Shown: one piece after another, positions 52,141 through 63,591 of the stretch | Layout: every line of letters begins with the position of its first letter | Numbering within the stretch: position 1 is the first letter of the stretch | Assembly: GCF_028641065.1 (NCBI RefSeq) | Contig: NC_073382.1 | Location: 86,118,001-86,182,000, forward strand | DNA: 64,000 nucleotides | DNA from: Leucoraja erinacea | Taxonomy: Eukaryota | Direction of reading: 5' to 3' | Notes under the pieces: model-generated | Seen by the model: the letters and a program-made list of their open reading frames with translations, nothing else | Told to the model about the DNA's origin: nothing | Databases searched by the model: none | Translations under genes and position numbers: made by a program

Positions 52141-55034
52141 CATGGCCGTCCGAAAGGGGGGTGCATTGGATGCGACCACACCCCCCTTTTTTCCCTCAAG
52201 AGTAAGAAAAAATCCACACAAAAAAAAAAATCGGAAAAAAAAGGATTACTGGTCTTAAAGACCCCAGGCTTGTTGCACTGACCTCTGTAGTCATGAAGAC
52301 CATTGAAATGCTTGTGCTGGCCAAGCTGAAAAATATCACAATCCCTCTGCTGGACCCCTGGACCGCTGGATTTTGCATATTGGGCCAATAAATCTGTGGA
52401 TGACGCAGTCAATCTGGGCCTGCACTTCATCCTCCAGCACCCAGACCGCCAGGGGACCTATGCGAGGATTTTGTTTGTTGATTTTAGCTCTGCATTCAAC
52501 AACATTGTGCCAGAGCTACTACGCTTCAAACGTTCTGAGTTGACTGCGCCTAAACCCCTCTGTCAGTGGATCACCAGCTTTCTGACAGACAGGAAGCAGC
52601 ATGTGAGGTGGGAAATCAAATCACAGAACCGCAAACGCTCAACATAGGAGCACCGCATGATGCGTATTCGCCCCTCTCTCTCCTCTACTCTCGCCACACC
52701 AATGACTGCACCTCCACAGACACCTGTCAAGCTTCTCAAGTTTGCGGATGACACAACCCTGATTGGACTGATCCAGGATGGGGATCTCTGTACTCTTTTC
52801 AGTTTGACATCTTTCCTATAACATGTTGCCCAGAACTGAACACAATATTCTAAATGTGTTCTCACCAACGTCTTATGCAACTGCTACATGACCTCTCAAC
52901 TTCTATACTCAATACTCTGACTGATGAAGGCCAAAGTGCCAAAATACTTTTTAACCACCGGATATACCTGCGACACAACCTTCAAGGAACCATGCAACCA
53001 TTCCTCTGCCCACCTGGCTAATTGATCCTGCTGCAATCTTTCACAACCATCTTCACTATCTGCAAAAACACTCACTTCTGTATCATCAGCAAACTTGCTA
53101 ATCTTGCCCTGTTCTGTGATGTTTTCCAGAGTGCTGGAGTAATTCAGCGGGTCAGGCTGAGTATAGAAGTTGGGAGGTCATGTTGCAGTTGCATAAGAAG
53201 TTGGTAATGCCGCATTCAGAGTATTGTGTTCAGTTCTGGGCACCATGTTATAGGAAAGATGTCATCAAACTGGTAAGGGTACAGTTAAGATTTACGAGGA
53301 TGTTGCCAGGACTAGAGGGCCAGAGCTATAGGGAGAGGTTGAGTAGGCTGGGACTCTATTTCATGGAGCACAGGAGGTTGAGGGATGATCTAATAGTGGT
53401 GTACAAAATCATGATTTGAATAGATATGGTTGAGTCTTTTGCCCAGAGTAAGTGAATCGAGGAGCAGAGGACATAAGTTTAAGGTGAAGGTCAAAAGATT
53501 TAATAGGAATCTGTGGGGTATGTTTTTCACACAAAGGGTGGTAGGTGTATGGAACAAGCTGCCAGAGGAGGTAGTTGAGGCAGGGACTATCGCAATATTT
53601 AAGAAACAGTTGGACAGGTACAAGGATAGGACAGGTTCGGAGGGATTGGATCAAACGTGGGCAGGTGGGACTAGTACAGATGGGACATGCTGGGCCGAAA
53701 GGCCTGTTTCCACACTGTATCACTCTATAACTATCTATCTATGTATCTATGTATCTATCTTTCCCTCTCAACCCCATCCTCCTGCCTTCTCCCCATTACC
53801 TCTGACAGCCGTATAAATCAAGAATCTATCAAACTCCCCCTGAAAAATGTCCACTGAATTGACCTCCGCAGCTGACAGTTCCCCACCCTCTGACTTAAGA
53901 AATTCCCGCTCATCTCCTTCCTAAAGGAATGTCTTTTAATTCTGAGGCTGTGGCCACTGGTCCTAGACTCTCCCACTAGTGGAAACATCCTCTCCAAATC
54001 CACTCTATCCTGGTTTTTACCAGGCTGGGAAAGAAGGCAACAACTTCACACCATGTTCCAAAGCTTGTGTCGTGTCCTGCATCACCCAAGGCAGCAGAGA
54101 CGTTATAGGAGAGGGCAAGCACCATAACACAGTAGCTCATGATGGTTTGGGTAACATTCAGGAATGCCTATGCATGGCACATCATGAATATTACTGAAGA
54201 ACGGTCTTGACCCGAAATATAATCTATACCTTTTCTCCAGAGATGCTGCCTGTTACACTGAGTTACTCCAGCACTCTGTAACATGTCACCTTTCCATGTT
54301 CTCCAGAGATGCTGCCAGACCCGCTGAGTTACTCCAGCACTCTGTGAAACGTCGCCTATTCATATTCTCTGCAGATGCTGCCTGACCCACTAAGTTACTC
54401 CAGCACTTTGTGACTATTTTCCCTTCACCCATCTGCCCAAACTCACTCTCCCTCCTTTCCTATGTACCTTTCCACCCACAAACCTCTCTCTGCCTTTACA
54501 GTTCACTCCTCTTTCAAATCTGCTCTACTTATCTACATGCCTTTTTCTTCTTCACTTTTTATTCATAGAATGATGCAATGTGGAAACAGGCCCTTCAGCC
54601 CAACTTGCCCACATCGACCAACATGTCCCACCTAAACTAGTCCCACTCACACACGTTTGGCCCATATCGATCTAAATCTGTCCTATCCATGTATGTGTCC
54701 AAATGTCTCTTAAATATTAGGATAGTCCCAGCCTTAACTACCTCCTCTGGCAGCTTGTTACATACACCCAGCACCCTTTATGTGAATAAACGACCTCTCA
54801 GATTCCTGTTAATTTCTGAAATTTTGGTCTTAAATTTGGTGCAAAAATGCCCGAAAATAAGGCTCACAATGCATCCGAAAGCATCTAAAACCCCTTAAGC
54901 AGGCCCTGGACCCCGGCATCGAGGGACTTCACGCTTCGCGCTCGTGATGTGCGCAGCGTGCACATTATTTCACGTTAAGTTTTTTGTAACCCTGTCATGC
55001 CACCCGGCTCTTTGAAAAGCTTCGTACCGGCTTG
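52141..55034. mobile_element. 2.9 kb composite insertion with imperfect TIRs and a 5-bp TSD, filled with Rex1, CR1 and Penelope-like fragments
   Basis: tattt duplicated at 52136-52140 and 55035-55039 within the unit motif gaagagtatttgttacatgg; ends catggccgtccgaa / ttcgtaccggcttg (10 of 14 complementary); Rex1 RT about 52235-52785 (+), CR1 pieces about 52785-53120 (-), 53155-53760 (+), 53760-54010 (-), 54565-54812 (-). Confidence 0.65.
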
Positions 55035-55453
55035 TATTTGTTACATGGAGGTTGTGGATGAATGTGGAGTGTTTTCTCCGAAGCGCGGATGTTGTTGGGT
55101 GAATAGGTGGAACAATATGAAATTTCCTCAACTATTAATATCCCACCCTGTCTAATCCACTACCCTCTCACTCCTGTCACCACGTCATATTACACACTCG
55201 CCTCCCCTTTCACTAGTCTCAGAAGCTTTTGTTGACTTGATTCTGAAGGTAACCTCATTCCATATCTGGCCCAGGTAAGACAGGGAAGGTTTAAAGGAGA
55301 TTTATGAGGTAGTCAGATCTATATTCCTGGGATCTATTTGTCCAATACCAGAGGATACGGGTTTAAGGTGAGAAGGAGAAGGTTTAAAGGAGAGTTATGA
55401 GGTGAGTTTTGAGAACTTGACTCTAATTTCAACCTCATCCCCCTCTGTTGCAG

Positions 55454-55768
55454 GTCCGGTGCCCGTCCGTCTGGTGAATGGGAACAACATGTGCTCCGGG
55501 AGAGTGGAGGTCTATCATAACTCCACCTGGGGCACCGTCTGCGGCAGGAGCTGGGATATTAATGCGGGGAACGTGGTCTGCAGGGTGTTGAACTGTGGGA
55601 CGGCCCGGTCAGTAACAACAGCTGCCTCCTATGGAGAAGCCACTGGGAACATCTGGCTGGATGGGGTGAAGTGTAAAGGGACAGAGCCTGCCCTCGACCA
55701 GTGTTATGCCAGCCCATGGGGTGTGATTAACTGCACACACGGAGAGTACGCTGTAGTCTCTTGCTCAG
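55454..55768 (+). CDS. SRCR group B exon 22
   Basis: ttgcag / gtgagt, 315 nt, open. Confidence 0.9.
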
Positions 55769-57204
55769 GTGAGTGAGGGTGATGAGGCAAGGTTGCAAAC
55801 CAACTGAACTTTGGTTGTATATTTGTGCTCTCATCCCTCCAGTCTTATAATCTTGGTTTGCAGCTTGTTTCACTGTCTTGCTGTGACTATAAAACTGCAG
55901 AATGCAGGGGATTACATTTGTCTATTTGATGTGCACCTCGATGAAATGTAGGCATGTTTAAGGATTCAGATCAGTGACTGAAGAAGAACAATTCAAATTA
56001 CAAACAGCTATCTTTATTAAAGTAAATCAGAAAAAAAGTTTAAAAGGCACAGTTTATATGTCTTTTAAATGTCACTTTAGCATCTGCCTCCACCACCACA
56101 TCTGGCATTGCGTGCCAGGCACCCATCACCCTCTTGTTGTTTTTAGTGATATGACTATAATTGCTGTCTGTACGGTGTTTGCACGTTCTCCTAGTGATCA
56201 CGTGGGTTTTCTCCGGTTGCTCCAGTTTCCTCACACATTCCAAAGACATGTAGGTTTGTAGGTTAATTGGCTTATAGTGTATTGAACATGACTATTGTAT
56301 AGGCAATCACTGATTGGCATGGACTCTGTGAGCTGAAGGGCCTTTTGCAACACTTTATCTCTAAAACTAAAAACTAAAACTACATTGGGAAAGTGGGCCA
56401 AGGACCGGCAGATGGAGTTTAATTGTGACAAGTGCAAACTGATGTATTATGGGAAGTTAAAGCAGAGAACGATTCACAGAGTAAATTGCAGGGCCCTGGG
56501 AATGTTTGTAGACAGAGAGACCTAGGGCTACAAGTACTCGATTCCTTGAAAGTAGCAACACAGACAGACAGGGTGGTGAAGAAAGCATTTGGCACAATTG
56601 CCTTCATTGGTCAGGGCTGTGACTAGAGAAGGTGGGAGGTCTGAATGTAGCTCTATAAGGCTTTAGTTTGACCACTTTTGTAGTATTCTGTTATATCCTG
56701 GTTCGCTCCATTACAGGAAGGATGTGGAAGCTTTGGAGAGGGAGCAGAAGTTCACGAAGAGGCTTTTAGATAGGCAGATGGATATGGAGGGAATAAGAAT
56801 ATGGACCATGTGCAGGCAGCGGAGAATAGCTTATCTTCACATCACATTTGTGCACAGGCATTGTGGGCCGATGGACCTGTTGCGATGTACACGATGTACC
56901 GTGTGTAGTGTGGTAGTTCAAAGGGTGAAGAAAAGATTCAGGAGGAATTTACCAGGAGTGATGGGTTTGTTATAGGGAGACACGTAATAGAATAAGAGAT
57001 GTTAATAGACGGCTAACAGGAGGATAGAGCAGGAAAACTGGCCCTTCAGCCCACCGACTCCGCAATGATCATCACCTATTCACACATACTAATCTCGGAT
57101 CACTCTCCATACATTCCCATCAATTCCCCAGACTCCCAACCTTACTGACACACTCGAGAAATTAACGCAAGACGATTAACTCAATTAGCTGAGACATGAG
57201 AGAG

Positions 57205-60200
57205 AATAGTAAGATTAAACGAGAACTTACCAGTTTGATGTTTAATTTATGAGGAGTTGCGATGAGCGATTACGTGAAGAAGGCCGTTAGCCCACATGCA
57301 CGTCAATCTTCAAAGCAGCGGTGTGAAATCACAGATAACAGTAGTTGAACTGAACATAGGAAGATTGGAGAGAACTACAATCTACCAGATGACCTTTATA
57401 ATATGATGGTGGGAGCGGTGGGCACGTAATCGCTCATCGCAACTCCTCATAAAATAAAGATCAAACTTCAAACTGGTAAGTTCTCGTTTAACCTTACTAT
57501 TTTACTTTGGAGTCACATGAGTGACTACGTGAAGAATTTAAAGCTCTGTGATTTCATGCCGGATACGAGTCCAAGCGTCATACACTGCATCAATTGACCA
57601 TGGATGAGTGAAAGAGATTAATGCATTCAGACATGACATAGTTTGTTAAAAATGCTGATGCTTTAATCTTCAAAGGAAAATAATAGTGATCCCTCCCATC
57701 CTGGGGGGAAACTATGAAACAGAACATAATAGAATTTGGCAAAAAAACCCCGATCTGGAAATGGGTTATTATTAAATGTTGGAAAATTTGTTAATTTGAC
57801 CATCCTGTAGCCGCTAGGATGTGGTCCAGTGGAACGTACATAACCCTTGCTGCTGATGTTGTAGCAGCCCTAGTGTAGTGAGATTTGAAAATATTTCTCT
57901 CCTGCATGTCAAAAGATGGTCTGGATTGATACAATTTTATGATGTTTTTACTAACTAACAAACATTGCTAGTGCAGAACCTCTAAGGCTCTAGGTGACCT
58001 GACGTATTGTTGTAAATGTGTGACCACACACAACCAAAGGTCCATGTTATAGGGAGACACGGAATAGAATAAGAGATGTTAATAGACGGGTATGCCATAA
58101 AAACTTGTTTGGGACCTGACGCCCCTTGTCTGCTCCGCTTAATTACATCATAAACATTAAAAAAATTATATTATTAGCCGATGTAACCATCCTGTCCTGT
58201 CGCAATTTATGTAGTGACTGGACCCGTTGCGCTGAGACTAGCGCCATGAGCATAACTACTTTGTAAGTGAGTTTGACCAGGGATAAAGATGTAGCTGGTC
58301 CCCACCGGCGAAGCAGTTTTAGCTCAATGCTACCGTCCCATATCTCTGAGTACCTGGGCCTGGGAGGATTTGTGTTAAAGATATCGTAATAAATCTGGAT
58401 ATCAGAGGGTGAACCCCAACAGAGTGGGTCCCGATCGCTGCAGCAAATATGACGAGAAGGTACGTTGGCACAGTTAATGGTACTATAACTTAATTAATTG
58501 TCAAAGACCCATATGAAAATGAACTCCGACGTTAGCTATGCGTGCCGTATTATATGTAACATTGGTATTTAAACAAAACACTACCCATCTCCTGATGTGG
58601 AAAATGTACTGCTCTTTCGGTGCTGTCCCTGCCTTCTGCAGTGAGCACGTATATAGATCGGTCTAGCAACCCGAGCTGCAGGAACAGTCTTCACAGAGTC
58701 TGCAAGTCTATAAATTGATTTTATCATGCAGAGGATGGTTTCTCAAGTCACGGGGTGAACCAGCAAATTTTGATGTTTAGGATGACCATATAAGGTCCTA
58801 TTATCATTCCCAACATAAGCGGGAACCATGGCTGCATAGACCAGTCAGGCAGTACGAAATGCCTGAAGCGAGATCTTGCTGGATTTAGTGCAAGACCCGA
58901 CTGATGAGGCAAAATGGAGGTAAGACATAAAGAACATTCCTCCTCATTGTAGCGAGTATGCATCTGGTGATTGAGCCTGGATGCAAACATATTGATATTC
59001 GGTGTTCCATTGAACCACAATGTCATTAAATACTTTGTGATACAACATTCATTCTGTGTTGTATCAGATAGATTTTACGTGATGATACACCAGCGCCTAG
59101 TGAGGTTAGGTAAATCATCACGGAATATTTAACTTGACTGCACCCATGTGATTAACATACGCCACCACCATAGTGTATCAACTCGGAGTTGAGCATGCAG
59201 ATTATGCATATTCGCACAATAAACCTTTTAACCCATGGAATACACCTAGTGTCTATAGGTAGTTGATACCATATAATTGAAGAATTGGTAACCCACCCCA
59301 TAACTAGAGATGGTATTCGTGATTTTCATCTTTGAGCACTAGCATCAGCTTGTAATATAACTGAGGAGTTACTGAGCAAATGTTACAGGAGCAATGTTGA
59401 ACACTGTTTGTCCACCATTGTGACTTTGATAGCTTCAGCTGGTAATAGCATAGGTCTGTTAATAATGACCTACATGGCACTTAAGAGGTTACTCCTTTGC
59501 ACGTTTGTAAGTTCTGATAATGCAAAGTTCCAAATGCACTGCTGAAACACAGCCACCATATTGCCAATTACCCTTGATGAATAGAGGCTGCTTCATAACA
59601 ACAAGGTTGTTACAGGCTTTTATTAATTCCAATCTCTTGCCCCAGGGTGGAGTCACAGAAAAATTAATAGAGTTAAAGGTAAATCCCAATAATCAATAAC
59701 TCTAGTTGGTATCAACTTAAATTTTAACTGGATGGATGAGAAACCCCAATTTCTCAAATATAGTGTGTGGCTGAAACAGTTAATTTTAGCAAAATGCAGC
59801 ATTAGAATATCATGCAGATAGGCCATAACAAGTGCTCTGAGCAGCCCAAGCGCCGGTTTTAGTAATTTGGTAAATAGCCTGCGAACTGAAGTTAGCATAT
59901 TTTGCAACGCTTTAACTGTTATCATGCCCCATCCAGGTAAATTTCAAATATCTCTGGTGATCCCTGTGAATGAGAACTGAATAGTGTGTATCTTTGAGAT
60001 CAATGCTTGCCATAAAGATCCCATGGAAATCAGTTATTAGACAGTAACAAAGTTTGCTATGCTGAAATGTTTATACTGCACATGCGAGTAAATTTGAAGA
60101 TGAACCGACATCCTGCACCTTGCACAATGATCAGGCCATGCCTGCCATAGTTCCGAGCCTGCCTTGAAAACAGACTCTGGCCATATTTCGGAGCCTGTGT

Positions 60201-61923
60201 TGAAAGGCATTCCTGGCCATAATACTGAGCTTGCTTCGAAAGACAACTCTTGGCCATAATTCCAAGCCTGCTTGGGACCCTTGTATAGAACAGTATAAAC
60301 TTTTCAAATGTTTACATAGTCATTTGTACAAAAAACAAGTGTAAAAATTACTAACTTGTAAATGGTCCCACATACCCCATGTTTCGGAAAGAACCAGACC
60401 CACCTACCTTCATGGTTACCGGTGGTCTTATGGTAAGCCCAAAGACCCCTGATGCGGGTTCTATTTCCATCCTTATTGGAGAATAGGATTGGTAGGGTAC
60501 GTAGATTCCATATTTTCCCTGAGACCGGCTTGGGCCTTGGCCTGAAAGACCTCTGCCCAGCTTGCAGGCTGCCACCAGCTTCAGTGAACCGTTTACTGCC
60601 GATGGAGGCGTGGGGTGTGTTGTGAAGCTGTACTCGTCGTTGGTACCTTGATTAGTTCGACAGTTTTGCTTCCTCATCTAGGTCTTACCTATTGGATAGG
60701 TTTTCCCTGAAGAGAAGATTCGGCGGCTGGTTTCATTTCCTGGGTTTTCATGCCCACTCCAATGTCACCCCTGATGTTCACTGCCAGCACTTTCAGGAAC
60801 AATTTTCAGGTGCATGATATCTTACAGCCATTACCTGTTCCTGTTATGACGTGACGTGAGGTTTTTTTTCTGCCAATGGCTGGACTTTCCTGCAGCAACT
60901 CCTTTGTTTGTGAGGATGTTGCAACCCTGGATGCCATGACAGACATTTCTTGTACCTCGCACATGTACTCCAGTATGTTCCACGGACATACTTCCGAGTT
61001 TGGAGTCAGTTACATACTGACCCCACGCACTCCTCTCCATAGCGAGGGTGATTAGTAAGTAGCCCCGAACAGGTGCTGCTGCAGGCCCCCGAGGAGACCT
61101 GCGCTGATATGGTCCCTCCACAGACCATATCCTTCGTGCCTCGTGGTATGTTCCTGGCTATACCTCCGAACTCCAAGTCAGACAAAACTGACCCCGAATG
61201 CTCCGCTCCTCAGAGAGGGAGACATTGTGCAGCCCTGTAACAGGTGTCGCTACCGCGGGCCCCAGAGGTGACCCACGGTGATATAACTCCCTCCTTTGGA
61301 GCATATCATTGTGGAGCACCGCTCCATCAGGTACTCCATGTGGGTTAGACGTCAGAAGACGTTACCTATTGAAGGAGGTGATCCTCTCCATCAGGAATCC
61401 TCCTTGCCTGACTCGTTTGAGTCAATGGGCCGTACAGACTTTCTTCATGGCTACCCTCCAAGCGGAGTTTCCAAGGTGCTACCGGCACCAGTCTGAAGCC
61501 ACTGGTTCCACCGCCAGCGACTCGGAAGGCGAATTGGACCGCCACCTGCTGCCCGAACTTCCGCGGTCTCCGTAGGCGGTTACCCGTGGTCCGTGCCGGG
61601 ATTCCCCGAGGTCCTGATCGGGTTTCCCCGAGGTCGTGACCGGGATTCCCCGTGGTCCGTGACTGGTATTTCCCACGGTCAATAAAGGTTTCCCCGCGGC
61701 CTGTCCGTACTTCACCCCGAAATTCAGCAGGTGAAATCTGAAAATAGAGTTTCCTGCAAAAGAAAACATAACCTGGAAATAAGTTTAAAACTTACCTTCA
61801 GGTTTAAACTTACCACTGGTAGGAGCAGCGCGCCTACCAGTCAGCCGCTGCGCAATGCGCTAGACGTAATGACGCGCATGCGGCCTTCTTCACATGGTCA
61901 CGCACATGACTCCAAAGTAAAAT
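57205..61923 (-). mobile_element. DIRS1-like tyrosine-recombinase retrotransposon, both termini present, coding decayed
   Basis: internal complementary region about 57423-57537 = reverse complement of the left end (57207-57276) fused to the reverse complement of the right end (about 61885-61922); minus-strand RT remnants (ASIDLKD, RRLFTKLLKP, MAYLHDIL), RH (ILQADAS), methyltransferase-like (MFASRLNHQ, PDW..QPWFP) and YR (ALVSAQRVQSL, SHYTRAATTSAA, LAATGWS). Confidence 0.9.
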
Positions 61924-62026
61924 TGGAGCGTGGAAAGTCGGGATAAGCTGAAGCGAAGGGACCAAGGTCTGAAAGAGGTTCATAAAATCACAAGGGGCAC
62001 AGATAACATGGACATCACAACATATA

Positions 62027-62556
62027 ATAATAATAATAAATTTTATGTTTGGGCGCCGTTCAAATCTCAAGGACAACGTACAAAGATTAACAGAAGAGAA
62101 AAAAACATATTGTCGGAGAAAAATAAATAATAAGGACATCATCAATACACAAATCTATATTACTAAAAGTCTGTTCTTGACCGGTGTTGGCCATCTGTGC
62201 TGCGAGTACTCAAATGTAAGCGTCCTTAGTGTTTCTAAAACACTTGCAGAATGTGTCACGATAGCGCTCCAGCGCTGTGCCGCCACCGAAGCCGAGGTGC
62301 TGGGCGGTCCCCACCAGGAAACGGCGCTCCACGCCCACTGGTAGGCCATGAGGACGGGTCGACGGGCAGCCCGGATATAAAGCTACCTCACCGACCAGGT
62401 AGGGACCTAGAAGTAAGATTACCTCCTTCCCCCCACATTCAGAAGTCCATTTCTCCAACAAACGAAGAAAAAGACTTACGAAAAACTGGGGGAAAAAAAA
62501 GAATTAAACGGACGGCTGCTGGTTAGCAGCAGTTCCCCAAGATGGCTCCTCCTCCT
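62027..62556 (-). mobile_element. Short retroposed element with (TTA)n tail and catata TSD, containing a Helitron-like 5' end
   Basis: catata at 62021-62026 and 62557-62562; (aat)n at the left end; A|TCTATATTACTAAAAG on + at 62154. Confidence 0.55.
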
Positions 62557-63276
62557 CATATATGTGTGGGAAGGAACTGCAGATGTTGATGCAACCTGAA
62601 GATGGACACAAAAAGCTTGTGTAACTCAGCGGATCAGACAGTCCCTCTAGAGAACAGGAATAGGCTTCGGTTCGTGACCCGTCTTCAGACGGAAAAAGGG
62701 TCTCAACCTTAAAAATCACCTGTTCCTTCTCACCAGAGATGCTGTCTGCCCGCTGAGTTACTCTGGCTTTTTGTGTCGATCAGAATATATGTCCCAGGGC
62801 ATGAGAGTGGGACGACATAGAGGGCACAGGTTGAAGGTGAAAGGGAAAAGATTTAATAGGAACCTGAGAGGTAACACACAGAGGGTAGTGGGTGCATGGA
62901 CAGAGCTGCCAAAGGAAGTGGTTGAGGCAGGTGCAACAAAAGCAAAATTTAATAAACATCTGGACAGATAAATGAATAGTAAAGCTTTGCAGAGATATGG
63001 ACAGAATGATGTCTGGTGTAGAGGGAGCATCTTGGTCGGGTTGGATGACTTGAGCTGAAGGGCCTTCTCCTGTGCAGTGTGACACAGAGTCTGTTGGGGT
63101 GGGAGCCGAGGTTTGAGGAAGAATCAGGTTTTGTAGGGTTGTCTTGCTTTCGAGTGGCTGTGCAGCATCCTCCTGTCACCTGCGCTGTGAGGAGCGGAGA
63201 GCGACCTGCTGGCTACCCTGCTGAAAATCACATGAAATCCTGCAGCAGATTTAACCTCATCCCCCCTCTGTTGCAG

Positions 63277-63591
63277 GTCCGGTGCCCGTCCGTCTGGTGA
63301 ATGGGAACAACATGTGCTCCGGGAGAGTGGAGGTCTATCAGAACTCCACCTGGGGCACCGTCTGTGGCACGAGCTGGGATATCAATGCAGGGAACGTGGT
63401 CTGCAGGGTGTTGAACTGTGGGATGGCCCGGTCAGTAACAACTGCTGTCTCTAACGGAGAGGCCACTGGGAACATCTGGCTGGATGGCATGAATTGTAAT
63501 GGGACAGAGCCTGCCCTCGATCAGTGTCCTGCCAAACGATGGCAGGTGAATAACTGCACACACGGAGAGTACGCTGAAGTCTCCTGCTCAG
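63277..63591 (+). CDS. SRCR group B exon 23
   Basis: ttgcag / gtgagt, 315 nt, open (ORF 63282). Confidence 0.9.

Larger units (their letters stand above)
831..63591 (+). other. Interior of a multi-SRCR gene or gene cluster (DMBT1/CD163/WC1-like group B SRCR superfamily): 23 tandem single-domain exons
   Basis: 23 copies of a 315-nt unit bounded by polypyrimidine-ttgcag and cag/gtgagt, each translating to GPVPVRLVNGNNMCSGRVEVY..W..VC..WD...VVC..LNCG...IWL..V.CNG.EPALDQC...W..NNC.H.E.A.VSCS with 8 Cys; no start or terminal exon in the window. Confidence 0.9.

Noticed and set aside
831-63591. V(D)J-like rearranging segments or a CRISPR-like array
   Set aside because: No conserved CACAGTG heptamer plus ACAAAAACC nonamer seen at exon borders; repeats are kb-scale exon-intron units and not short repeats with unique spacers
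831-63591. Assigning the symbol DMBT1 or CD163
   Set aside because: No CUB, ZP, SID, transmembrane or synteny evidence in the window; orthology cannot be established
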